A stretch of DNA of 64,000 bases from Octopus sinensis (taxonomy: Eukaryota), in assembly GCF_006345805.1 (NCBI RefSeq), contig NC_043009.1, positions 63,798,001-63,862,000 of the forward strand, in the 5' to 3' direction. A program made the position numbers and the translations under genes. Shown one piece after another: positions 25,559 to 38,531 of this stretch. Within the stretch, counting starts at the first letter, position 1, and every line of letters starts with the position of its first letter. The notes under the pieces are model-generated. The model saw only the letters and a list, made by a program, of their open reading frames with translations. It had not been told where the DNA came from and made no database searches.

Positions 25559-25794
25559 AGGCATATTTTATTTTATGTAAGTGTGTGCTTTTAAACAACA
25601 CTGCTTTTGCATACCAACCACAATGTAATATTGGTAAAATATTCCAGAAACAGAAATATGTATTAAGAAGATACCAGAAACATAATGCTCACATTAGAAT
25701 ATTTATCTCGAGTCTACATTTTTGGAACTTACAAACTATATTTGAAGATTAATGATGAACTATTCTTCCTGGTTTCCTAATATATTAACACTCT

Positions 25795-26222
25795 ATTACT
25801 CTTTTACTGTTTTACTTGTTTCAATCATTTGACTGTGACCATGCTGGAGCACCGCCTTTAGTCGAGCAAATCGACCCCAGGACTTATTCATTGTAAGCCT
25901 AGTACTTACTCTATCGATCTCTCTTACCAAACCACTAAGTTTCGGGGGCATAAATACACCAGCATCAGTTGTCAAGCAATGCTGGAGGGGACAAACACAG
26001 ACACACAAACATACACACACACACACACACATATATATATACTCATATATATATATACATATATACGATGGGCTTCTTTCAGTTTCCATCGACCAAATCC
26101 ACTCACAAGGCTTTGGTCAGCCCGAGGCTATAGTAGAAGATATTGCCCAAGGTGCCATGCAGTAGGACTGAACCCGGAACCATAAGGTTTGTAAACAAGC
26201 TACTTACCACACAGCCACTCCT
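25795..26222 (-). mobile_element. Family A SINE
   Basis: Reverse-complement match to the family consensus within the window. Confidence 0.88.
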
Positions 26223-26439
26223 ATGCCTATAAACACTGGATAAATATTCCACAAATACATAAAAAGCACCCGTGATGGGGCCACACAAAAGTGCCCCTTT
26301 GTAAAGTGGTTGGTGTTAGGAAGAGTATCCAGCTTTAGAAATATAGCAAAACAGATGACCGGAGCCTGGTGCAGCCCACTGGCTTGCCAGTTCCTGTCAA
26401 ACCGTCTGACCCATACCCGTGTGGAAAACAGATGTTGAA

Positions 26440-26699
26440 TAATGATGATGATGGTGATGATGATGATGAAAGTGATGGTGATGGTGATGGTGGTGGTGGT
26501 GGTGGTGGTGATGTTGATGATGATGATGATGATGGTTGTGGTGGTGGTGGTGGTGGTGGTGGTGGTGGTGGTGATGATGATGATGATGATGATGATGGTT
26601 GTGGTGGTGTGGTGGTGGTGGTGGTGGTGGGTGGTGGTGGTGGTGTTGGTGGTGGTGATGATGATGATGATGATGATAATGATGATGATGATAATGATT

Positions 26700-26746
<47 letters not shown>

Positions 26747-26780
26747 TGTGGTGGTGGTGGTGGTGGTGGTGGTGGTGATG
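26440..26780. repeat. (GAT)n/(GGT)n alternating blocks
   Basis: Direct inspection. Confidence 0.95.
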
Positions 26781-27081
26781 ATAAATACTTTAACAGACAC
26801 AGAACACATACTATAAAAAAAAAAATTAACCAAATATATATCAGTTTTTCCTGCATAATTTTTTTTTAATATTTAATATTGCTTAAAATTCCCTGGTTGT
26901 ATTTCTATATGTTCATGGAAATATTTTGCCCTGTCTTTTGAGAACCCAGCAAGAATTCTAACTCTTTCTTGGAAAGAATTATTAAACCCCAGGTACACAG
27001 GAACGAATTTCCTGCACCCTTGTTGCTTGATGTTCCACACGAATGCACAAATTTAACCCTCATAGTGCTTCAATGCATGCT

Positions 27082-27113
<32 letters not shown>

Positions 27114-27253
27114 TATATGTGTATGCATGTGTGTATGCGTGTATGTATGTATATGTATGTGTGTATATGTGTGTATGTATATATATGTATATATGTATAT
27201 TTACATATATGTATACATATATACATATGTGTATGTGTATATATTTGTATAAA

Positions 27254-27310
<57 letters not shown>

Positions 27311-27453
27311 TGGGGATGAGAGAGTAGGGAGAGGGAAAGAGCAAATATAAAAAGCAAGAGTGAATGTTTGCACGTAGTATGTATACTAGTGGTGCTCCAG
27401 CATGGCCACAGCCTTGGGGGCTGAAACATATAAAAGGACAAAAGAATAGAATG

Positions 27454-27509
<56 letters not shown>

Positions 27510-27830
27510 GCTGCTCGTCTCTGACTTGTGAGGTTGTGGAAGCTGATATCCATTTTAAACTTGAATAATTTGATACCTGCAGGGAAAATATGGCAGGAAG
27601 GGAGTTCCAGTGGGATGGGATTCTGACGGGAAGGATGATTGAGTAAAATGTTTAGAAATGTTTAGGGATTAGTAAGATTGACAGGAAAAACGGGAAGACG
27701 AGAGGAGGAGAGACAAGGCGTTTGGTGGGATTAGATAAAGTTAGTGAAAGCAAGTGAAATTAGTTCAGAAGAGCAGAGACTTTGGTAGTAGCAGCAAAAG
27801 AAATGGGAGGAGTGGCTGTACTGTGATGGA
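27510..27830 (-). pseudogene. Decayed CR1/L2/Jockey-group LINE ORF2 C-terminus
   Basis: Minus-strand translation gives CSSEL... and ...PSHWNSLPA.FS...FK-type motifs, with stops and frameshifts. Confidence 0.65.
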
Positions 27831-27884
27831 GTAGATCAGTTCCCCCCCCCCCCAAAGTGGACAGTACTGCCCCTCTAAAAAAAA

Positions 27885-28205
27885 AAGACTCCGCCGGTTA
27901 CGACGACGAGGGTCCCAGCTGATACGATCAACGGAACAGCTTGCTCGTGAAATTAACGTGCAAGTGGCTGAGCATTCCACAGACACGTGTACCCTTAACG
28001 TAGTTCTCGGGGATAATCAGCGTGACACAGAGAGTGACAAAGCTGACCCTTTGAAGTACAAGTACAACTCATTTTTGCCAGCTGAGTGGACTGGAGCAAC
28101 GTGAAATAAAGTGTCTTGCTCAAGGACACAACGCGTCGCCGGGAATCGAACTCACAACCTTGCGATCATGAGCCGAATGCCCTAACCACTAAGCCACGCG
28201 CCCTC
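27885..28205 (-). mobile_element. tRNA-derived SINE, family C (head GGCGCGTGGCTTAGTGGTTAGG)
   Basis: A box GGCTTAGTGG, B box GTTCGATTCC, central GTCCTTGAGCAAGACACT and CCAGTCCACTCAGCTGG. Other copies at 36978-37110, 38560-38760, 49430-49590, 51937-52160, 59615-59900, 63041-63292 and 63931-64000. Confidence 0.88.
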
Positions 28206-28789
28206 ACACTGCCCCTCTAGGGGTACAGAGAGATCCATGAGGTACACTGAGGAAAAGTCAGGGTGGCCAAAAGAGGATGATGGATGTAAAAAGGACAAAA
28301 TAATTCTTTCTATTCTAGGCACAACTGGTACTTAATCTATCAACCGCGAAAGGATGAAAGGTAAAGTCGACTACGGTGGAATTTTGAACTCAGAACATAG
28401 TGACGGGTGAAATACCGTTAAGTATTTCGTCCAGCATGCTAATGATTCTGCCAGCTCTCCGCCTTAGAAACGAGTACAGTTCAAATGACCAACAAGTACA
28501 GTTCAAATGGTTTCAAATTTTGGTACAAGGCCGGCAATCTCAGGGGAGGGGCTAAGATGATTACATCGATCCCCAGTATTTGACAGGTACTTATTTTATT
28601 GACCCTGAAAGAATGAAAGGTGAAGTCAACTTCAGTGGAATTTGAACCCAGAACTTTGGGACAGATGAAATGCCGCTAAGCATTTTGCTTAGCATCCTAA
28701 TGATTCTGCCAACTCACTGCCTTGATGTATCCAAATAATAAATTGTTGAAATTTGTTTTAAACTAGAAAAGTAGAGTGAAGAATCTTGA

Positions 28790-29075
28790 TGAACAGAATG
28801 TGACATGACACCAACAGGACACAACACAACACAACACAAACACAAACACAACACATGACATCATGACACAAAGTGACATGGAATGGCACAATACATGGCT
28901 TAGACAACACATTAATAATACATCGCAACACAGAGCAGTTTGACATGACACAAACCAACACAACACAACAACGCTCAACACAATATGGACATGACATGAC
29001 CCAACACAACAGGACATGACAAGTAACAATAAAACACAGAATGGCATAACATGACACAAAGCAATATAAGTCATC
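28790..29075. repeat. Pentamer-periodic mosaic satellite (ACACA/ACATG)
   Basis: 5-bp periodicity visible; a related patch lies at ~30270-30370. Confidence 0.8.
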
Positions 29076-30900
29076 ACAACACCTGAGACGATACATCAGA
29101 GCAATGAAGTCCATCTGATGATTTGTCTGCAGTGACTTTGATTAAAGGGAAGAAGAGTTGCTTCAGTCTCACTCTTTTGTCTTCTTCATTCGAGTGGCGA
29201 GACCAGTTCAAAACAAAAGGAGATGATAATTAAGGTGTTAATTAAAAAAATTATATTGTGTAAAACTTCTGTGAAACATAAAGCTTCTGGTGTGGAAACG
29301 TTTATAGAAAGAGACGAGCTGTCTGATAGCCATGTTCCTCCATCGGAACAAGGAGTGTTGAGTCATTTTTAAGGATGACTGATGACTCACACAGTGACTT
29401 TGTTTAAAGTGAAGAAGAGTTATACACTGTTATCGTCACTCTTTCATCCATGACCATCTTCAGTCCAGTGGAAAGACCAGGTTAAGATGACTGGGGATGG
29501 AGACAGATGCAGTGGATGACCAAATGTCTTATTTACCTGATCTTGTTCCCTGAATTCTATAATGTGTCATTGCAACTGTCTTCCTCTCCAACGAACCATA
29601 ACGGTTTCTTCTGCAGAGACTGCCAGATCTGGTCTTCATGTGCAGACATAGGTAAACCCTACCCTAATATTCTAATTAACTCATAGATGGGACCCTGACA
29701 GGTGCTACTACTCTGGGGTCAGAGTAGATCTGGGAACAATAGGGGCTAAGAGATGGTTCCATGCTCCTCAAAACCCAGGAACTTCTCAAACTAGGATCCA
29801 AATACCAGAGGCAGTTTAAATTCATACCCAGGACATGTTTGATTGCAAACAACTGGCCGTGGATCACAAATGTCATTTTTATTCTTTTTAAGCCTCATTA
29901 CCATCATCATCATCATTTAATGTCCACTGGACCAGGACCTCACTACTAGATGTCGTTTAAAGTCATACTCAAGACACATACGACATCATCATCATCATCA
30001 CCATTATCATCATTTAACGTCCATTGTCCATGGGTTGGATGGGTTGACCAGAGATGACAAGTTTGGGAGCTGCCCCAGACCCCAGTCTGCTTTGGCATGG
30101 TTTCTATGGTTGGATGCCCTTCATAATGCGAACCACTTAACAGAGTGTGCTGGATGCTTTTACATGGCACCGAACGGGCACCTTTATGTGGGGCCCCCAC
30201 ACGAGTGCTTTTCTGTGGTGACACCCAGGCACTTTTTCATGGCACAATATAATTCAATAAAACGCAACAACAATAACACCAACATGAACAAGACAATTAC
30301 AGAACACAAAACATGATACAACCTGCCACATGACGCACAAAAAAACAACATAACGTGACATGCTAGAAATAGCAACCAAACCTCCATCAAATCACATACT
30401 AGCATCTTATAAAGGGCCTATTGGACAATGTAGTTCTAGATACACTATGCCTGAAAAATAAAAGATGGGATGGACGGTCACTGGCAAAATACCTTGTGGT
30501 CATAGGTCTGCTTGATCAGGGCTGACCTGGAATAACTAATTAAGAACAACAACAAAAACAGACACGGTATGACATGAACTCAGGATCAAACAATTCAAAA
30601 ACTGTAGGCATTTAAAGCAAATGGACTTTGGTTCCAGACTCTTTTTACAGTGTATGCAGAGCTGCAAAACTTGCTGAATGTCTAAATGTCTAGCATAGGG
30701 ACCAACTGACTTTGTCTACAGCTGAAATAAACTTGTGATGTCAATTGAGGTTGTGTCAATGTGTATGTGTGTATGTGTGTGTGTGTGTGTGTGTGCGTGC
30801 GTGCATGCATGTTTGTGTAGTTGTGTGAAAGTATATGTGTGTCTGTTTATCTGTGTGTAAAGTGAATTCATTCTGTGAACTCTAGGGTTTACTTCTAGAC

Positions 30901-31455
30901 CAGTGGTTCCCAACCTGGGGTCTGCAGACCCCTGGTGGTCCGCAAAGGTATTACTGGGAGTTCGTGAACTAAATTCAAAATTTCACACATACACACACAT
31001 ATATAGGTTATGACAGGTGATGGTGTCATTGAGACCCAAAGGTGTCAGGTAATGCTGAATAAGTGCTATAGACAGACCATAGTTAAGTTCCAGATTTAGT
31101 GATTATGCGAATAAGGGGTTCAATGTTGGTCATACATCAGCGTGTGTAAATAAAAAAAATTTTTTTGTAATGAGATAAAAAAACCAAGGCTGAGTAGATT
31201 TTAGAACATTTATAGATAGAAGGTCTTACAGCTGTTTCCAGGATATTTATTATATCCCTTCATCGGAGACGGTGTGAGAGGATGGTTAAGAAATAGTTAA
31301 TTTAGATAAGATATGAAATAGAGAGTGAGGTGGAGGAATGAAAATAGATGTGAGATATGTATATATATACATACATAAGGATAAACACATCAAAAGGGGT
31401 CCATGGGAAAACTCATTTAAATAAAAGGGTTGGGAATCACTGTTGAGAACCACTG
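30901..31455. mobile_element. hAT-like MITE carrying a nested PLE terminal fragment
   Basis: CAGTGGTTCCCAACC...GTTGAGAACCACTG with TSD TTCTAGAC/TTCTAGAA. Confidence 0.82.
31222..31270 (-). ncRNA. Type I hammerhead (PLE-type), core mutated (CCGAUGA)
   Basis: Minus strand reads GUCU-CCGAUGA-A-GGGAUAU(AAUAA)AUAUCCU-G-GAAAC-AGCU-GUA-AGAC. Stems I, II and III all pair; U4>C in the core. Confidence 0.65.
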
Positions 31456-31851
31456 TTCTAGAATAGAAGTAAATACTTCAGGGATGTGCTGCCTTGGTAG
31501 GCAAGGTAGACAGTGCCTACCTTAAAAAAATAGATCAATAGCATCCTAATTCAATAAAATTATGAAGGTTACTCTGATTACTGTACATAAGATGCAAAAT
31601 ATTTTACTTTTTGTTTGTAGATTATGTAGGCATAATTCACCTCTGCCTGTCAATCTCAGTATTTAAGCTACACATAGTACTATTGTAGTACACATGCTGC
31701 GTGCATTCCTACAACAATGTTTTCTTTACATGCTATAAAGGCAGAAATAAATCTGCCTACAACTCAGTCGCACACCTGTGTTTCACTTATTTTTTGTATG
31801 TTTTACTACATAAAGGTCACCACATGCCTGATGTACCTCTATTGTCTAGAA

Positions 31852-32103
31852 CAGTATTTCTCAATCATTTTTTTGTCTATAGACCCCTTTGATTTGTATT
31901 TCTTTAAAGTGGACCCTCATAGCCATTTGATGCTTAAAAAATCCTATCATATTTTTTAATTAAATATTATGAGAAATTGTATTTAAAAAATTGCTAAAAT
32001 ATTTTGTGTGTTGTAGAAATATAAATAATTTATTTCACAAATATTTTATCAAAATCTTACATGGACCCCCAAGGGTCAAGTGGACCCTGTTTAATAGCCA
32101 CTG
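31852..32103. mobile_element. hAT-like MITE
   Basis: CAGTATTTCTCAA...TAGCCACTG termini with a partial 8-bp TSD (GTCTAGAA/ATTTAGAA); related to the 4356-4921 and ~39925-40150 elements. Confidence 0.65.
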
Positions 32104-32491
32104 ATTTAGAATGTTATGCAGGTGAGAAGAAAGTATCCACTGGGATAGGAAGCTAGTCTGTTGCATACTGCTTTTCCCATGAAAGGAACTGACCACATCA
32201 CTGTGAGAGAACAAATCAGTAAACTCAGAGTGGTGCTGGTGGTGGTGTATTCTGGCACTTGTGGTACCAAGTTATGGCTTTTAGAACTATGTACTTTGGT
32301 AATCACACAATTTGGCATGATTGTTAGGATACAAGCCATCGATTTCTCGGCTAGTCACTGGCTATCTGGCCGGGCATTCAGTGCCAATCAGCTTGGCCAG
32401 CTATGCTCTTCTGTGTGTGTGTGAGAGAGAGTGAAAAGAGAAAGACAGAAAAAAAAAGAGAGGAAGACAATGTCTGTAAATGCAGGTGTAT

Positions 32492-32495
<4 letters not shown>

Positions 32496-32538
<43 letters not shown>

Positions 32539-33512
32539 GGTGCAGGAGTGCCTGTGTGGTAAGTAGCTTGCTTACCAACCACATGGTTCCGGGTTCAGTC
32601 CCACTGCCTGGCACCTTGGGCAAGTGTCTTCTAATATAGCCTCAGGCTGACAAAAACCTTGAGAGTGAATTTGGCTGATGGAAACTGAAAGAAACCTGTC
32701 GTATATTTATGTATGTATGTATATGTTTGTGTGTCTGTGTTTGTCTCCCCAACATCGCTTGACAACTGATGCTGGTGTGTTTATGTCTCCGTCACTTAGC
32801 GGTTCAGCAAGAGAGACCGATAGAATAAGTACTAGGCTTACAAAGTATAAGTCCTGGGGTCGATTTGCTCGACTAAAGGCGGTGCCCCAGCATGACTGAA
32901 ACAAATAAAAGAATAGAAAAAAATAAAAGAATATATATATATATATCCAACCCATGTCAGCATGGAAAATAAGATATTAAATGATGATGATGTGCATAAA
33001 TTTGTTTCCATCTTTCTATGCCTTCATGAGTAAAGCAAACATGTTGTTGAGGCATCGTTTTACAAGTGGGCGGGGTGCCCTTCCTGACACTAACTCTTAT
33101 CTCTTCTTTCACTTGGCTTCAAAAGTATGAAACCTGAACAGATGTCTCGTTGACAGAAATACTTCTCAAATGGCAAGACTTTCATACAAGTGACTACAGG
33201 TGGAAAACAAACATACAGACATATACCACACTCATTCACACACACTCTCTCTCTCACGCACACACACACACAATACACCAATGCACATACACACAGACAT
33301 AAACACTGTTAGATTCACTTCGACATTTAAATTCAATTTGCCAAAATATTTTCGTCGCTTTGAGACTGTGACCTGATCACTGACAAAATTCCATGCAGCA
33401 CGGAATTTTGTGTGTTTTTAAATGGCTTATAAACAACTTCCACGCTGCAGTTGTTTTTGTTTCAGCACACGATTTCAGATCAGGTTACTCGCTATGCAAG
33501 TACATCTCCATA

Positions 33513-33545
<33 letters not shown>

Positions 33546-34048
33546 ATATATATATTCAAATAAAGGTTATAAAACTCATTAAGGGATAACAAAATCCAAT
33601 GAAAATACTGGTTAGTTACCAATCCACAGAAAATTCAACTATAAGGTAACTATATAAACCGTGGATCATATATTTATATATTAAAAGAATAAGGAGAAAA
33701 TAGAGAGGTAATTAATTAAATATTATTTATTAATTATAAAATATGACAACATCTCTGACAGCTGTTTCAATTCAGTAATCTTTAGATAATTAATTTGTAA
33801 AAATAAAATCATTATAATACGAATCGCTTCAGAAGTAGTAACGATGTACTGATTAGAAATATATGTTGAGATAATGACTACAAACCATTAACTGATAGCA
33901 AATATACCTAAAGAGCCGGTTCTAAAAGACATCAATCCAACATAGGGGGTGGGAATTTAGTGTATATTTTTATGTCTTAAAGTAAGAAAAGAAGAGATTA
34001 ATATAATATCATAGCGTATTAATAAGAAAAACGCATATATATATATAT

Positions 34049-34120
<72 letters not shown>

Positions 34121-35093
34121 GGTGCAGGAGTGCCTGTGTGGTAAGTAGCTTGCTTACCAACCACATGGTTCCGGGTTCAGTCCCACTGCCTGGCACCTTG
34201 GGCAAGTGTCTTCTAATATAGCCTCAGGCTGACAAAAACCTTGAGAGTGAATTTGGCTGATGGAAACTGAAAGAAACCTGTCGTATATTTATGTATGTAT
34301 GTATATGTTTGTGTGTCTGTGTTTGTCTCCCCAACATCGCTTGACAACTGATGCTGGTGTGTTTATGTCTCCGTCACTTAGCGGTTCAGCAAGAGAGACC
34401 GATAGAATAAGTACTAGGCTTACAAAGTATAAGTCCTGGGGTCGATTTGCTCGACTAAAGGCGGTGCCCCAGCATGACTGAAACAAATAAAAGAATAGAA
34501 AAAAATAAAAGAATATATATATATATATCCAACCCATGTCAGCATGGAAAATAAGATATTAAATGATGATGATGTGCATAAATTTGTTTCCATCTTTCTA
34601 TGCCTTCATGAGTAAAGCAAACATGTTGTTGAGGCATCGTTTTACAAGTGGGCGGGGTGCCCTTCCTGACACTAACTCTTATCTCTTCTTTCACTTGGCT
34701 TCAAAAGTATGAAACCTGAACAGATGTCTCGTTGACAGAAATACTTCTCAAATGGCAAGACTTTCATACAAGTGACTACAGGTGGAAAACAAACATACAG
34801 ACATATACCACACTCATTCACACACACTCTCTCTCTCACGCACACACACACACACAATACACCAATGCACATACACACAGACATAAACACTGTTAGATTC
34901 ACTTCGACATTTAAATTCAATTTGCCAAAATATTTTCGTCGCTTTGAGACTGTGACCTGATCACTGACAAAATTCCATGCAGCACGGAATTTTGTGTGTT
35001 TTTAAATGGCTTATAAACAACTTCCACGCTGCAGTTGTTTTTGTTTCAGCACACGATTTCAGATCAGGTTACTCGCTATGCAAGTACATCTCC

Positions 35094-35144
<51 letters not shown>

Positions 35145-35616
35145 ATAAAGGTTATAAAACTCATTAAGGGATAACAAAATCCAATGAAAATACTGGTTAG
35201 TTACCAATCCACAGAAAATTCAACTATAAGGTAACTATATAAACCGTGGATCATATATTTATATATTAAAAGAATAAGGAGAAAATAGAGAGGTAATTAA
35301 TTAAATATTATTTATTAATTATAAAATATGACAACATCTCTGACAGCTGTTTCAATTCAGTAATCTTTAGATAATTAATTTGTAAAAATAAAATCATTAT
35401 AATACGAATCGCTTCAGAAGTAGTAACGATGTACTGATTAGAAATATATGTTGAGATAATGACTACAAACCATTAACTGATAGCAAATATACCTAAAGAG
35501 CCGGTTCTAAAAGACATCAATCCAACATAGGGGGTGGGAATTTAGTGTATATTTTTATGTCTTAAAGTAAGAAAAGAAGAGATTAATATAATATCATAGC
35601 GTATTAATAAGAAAAA

Positions 35617-35620
<4 letters not shown>
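32496..35620 (+). repeat. Near-identical 1.58-kb tandem duplication (copy 1 ~32496-34035, copy 2 ~34036-35620)
   Basis: GGTGCAGGAG occurs at 32539 and 34121 (offset 1582); AAAAACGCA ends at 34035 and 35620. The differences I could see are only in microsatellite length. Confidence 0.97.
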
Positions 35621-35654
<34 letters not shown>

Positions 35655-37162
35655 GATGCCATTTAATATCATATTTATCTATAATACTGCAATACAAAAA
35701 ATTTAAAGTTAGAAAATTTACATCAAGTAGAAGCAAACCATGGCAATTATATATTAACTGAAGTTATCAGAAAGGGATAAATAATTTCTAAATATAATAA
35801 TAATAACTTATTGCTTTGGTTTATAATGATAATAATGGAATAAAATTTAATGTAAATAAATAAATAGAAAGTCTAGAATAAGATGGAAAGAGAAAATATC
35901 AGAATACATAATGTATCTTTACAACCCTTAAGAAAATTCGTTTCAAGCCTTTATGGTAAAAAAAATCAATAATAATAAACTATTGGATAGGAAAGAATTT
36001 TAGAATTTCAGACATACAGCATTCCTTAAGAGAAGTAAATATTCTATCAGACAAGTATAGGAGGATAAAAGATCTTTTTAGGAAAATAAACATTATGTAA
36101 GAGGAAATACTTATATACAAAAATAAATTGAAATTTAAGTAAAGTATATATCTATACATATATAGATAGATAGGTAGATAGATAGATAGATAGATAGATA
36201 GATGGATGGATGGATGGATGGATGGATAGATAAAAATAGTTATGGCCAGTCTATGGGGTTACCCAGGTTAGGGATGTTCTTAGTAGAGGTCATGACTATC
36301 TTTATCTAAACATTCTACTGCGGAACCCCAAGGAAACATTCCACTGGCTCGGGGAACCCCTGTGCAATAATTTAATAGTCTTATGCTCACATATCTGCAC
36401 AGGAAAATTTAAAATTACTGTCGATTTTAGCAGTTTTGTAACTTCTTGCGGAACCCCTGGACTGTACTGGCGGAACCCTAAGGTTCCACGGAACCCTGGT
36501 TGAAAACCACTGACCTAGAATGTGCTTCTCTTTTGAGTAATAACTACTAATGATATATGTATGTATGTATGTATGTATTTATGTATGTATGTATTATGTA
36601 TGTATGTATGTATATGTATGTATGTATATGTATGTATGTATACAACAGGCCTCATTTCAGTTTCTGCCTCTTAAATCAACTCACGAGGTTATGATCAGGA
36701 AGAACTGTCTTCAAGAAAATAGACTTGAAGAAAATGCTAGAATGTTTATAAGTTACCTCATGGGACGTCAAGATGCGTCAGTGACCAATTATCTAATTTT
36801 CAGACATTGTTAAACTGAAGAGAGTAATTCATTTCACCACACACAACTATATATAGCAGTTGTTGATGTCAGCGTAGGTTGTTGTATAAATCAACCAAGC
36901 CTGGACAGATGAATGAAGTGGACACTTTGTATCTCATTCTCACTCACTACATATCTTGTTTAGAAGAACTGAGTGTAGGTGCTTGGCATAATGGTAAGGG
37001 TATTTGGCTCATAATCAAAACGTCATGAGTTCAGTACCTAGCAGTATGCTGTGTCCTTGAGCAAGACTCTTTATGTCATGTTGCTCCAGTCCACTCAGCT
37101 GTCAAAAGTGAGTTGTAACTATTTAAAAGTGAGTACAGTAATGCTTCGATATATGAATTAAT

Positions 37163-37560
37163 TAAGGCAGCAAGCTGGCAGAAACGTTAGCACGCCAGGC
37201 AAAATGCTTAGCGGTATTTCATCTGCTGCTACATTCTGAGTTCAAATTCCACCGAGGTCGACTTTGCCATTCATCCTTTCGGGGTTGATTAAGTAAATAC
37301 CAGTTACGCACTGGGGTCAATGTAATCGACTTAATCCGTGTGACTGTGCTTGTTTGTCCCCTCTGTGTTTAGCCCCTTATGGGTAGTAAAGAAATAGGTA
37401 TTCCGTCTGTCTTTACATTCTGAGTTCAAATTCCACCGAGGTCGACTTTGCCTTTCATCCTTTTGGGGTTGATGCATTAAGTGCCAGTTGCATACTGAGG
37501 TCATCTAATCAACTGGCCCCCTCCCCCAAAATTTTGGGCCTTGTGCCTAGAGTAGAAAAG
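37163..37560 (+). mobile_element. Family B SINE with a duplicated body
   Basis: GGCAGCAAGCTGGCAGAAACG head followed by two GAGTTCAAATTCCACCGAGGTCGAC units. Confidence 0.85.
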
Positions 37561-38136
37561 ATATATGAGTTAATTTGTTCCTGGAGACTGTTTGTAAAGT
37601 GAAAACTTATAAAACAGAGCAATAATGTCCCATGGTATCAATGAAATTTCATGCGGTCATTTTACTCCATCACTGCATAGACACATCAGAACCAGTGTTG
37701 CCACATGTTGAGACGTTGCCACATGCACGAAATGGCTGTTCAATCTTTTATATTCATTATAAAATAAAACTCATAAACCCGAGGTCTCATAAAACAGGTC
37801 CCCCGTAAAGTGAAGTATTACTATAGTAACTATTTAAAAGGGTCAGTTTTGTTATGTCCTGTGTCATGCTGAATCTCCCTGAGAACTATGTTAAGTGTAC
37901 ATATGTCTGTGGAGTACTCAGCCACTTTGCATGTTAATTTCATGAGCAGGTTGTTCTGTTTATCAGATCAAGTAGAATCCTCATCATTGTAACTGATGGA
38001 GTACCAGTTGAACTAAATTTAGGTTCATACACATCTACTTACTATGTCGTTCCTGACTTGTATTTAAGTGCTCTAACTTACATTCCTCCAATAGAACATC
38101 CTGAAGGTATTTTCACTACTTTTCTAAAACAAAGAA

Positions 38137-38531
38137 GGCCCTTCCTGACCCTTAGGTCTTTCTTGAACCATAGGTCCTTCCTTACCCATAGGTTCTTCCT
38201 GAACCATAGGCTCTTCCTGAACTACTGGCCCTTCTTGAACCATAGGCCCTTCCTGAACCATAGGTCCTTCCTTACCCATAGGTCCTTCCTGACCCATAGG
38301 TCCTTCCTAAACCACAGGCCCTTCCTGACACATAGGTCCTTCCTGAACCATAGGTCCTTCCTGACCCATAGGTCCTTCCTAAACCACAGGCCCTTCTTGA
38401 CACATAGGTCCTTCCTGAACCATAGGTCCTTCCTGACCCATAGATACTTCCTGACCCATAGATCCTTCCTGAACCATAGATCCTTCCTGAACCATAGGCC
38501 CTTCTTGAACCATAGGCCCTTCCTTACCCAT
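38137..38531. repeat. 18-bp minisatellite, ~21 copies (CATAGGTCCTTCCTGAAC)
   Basis: Direct inspection; it produces the (HRSFLN/T)n ORF. Confidence 0.95.
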
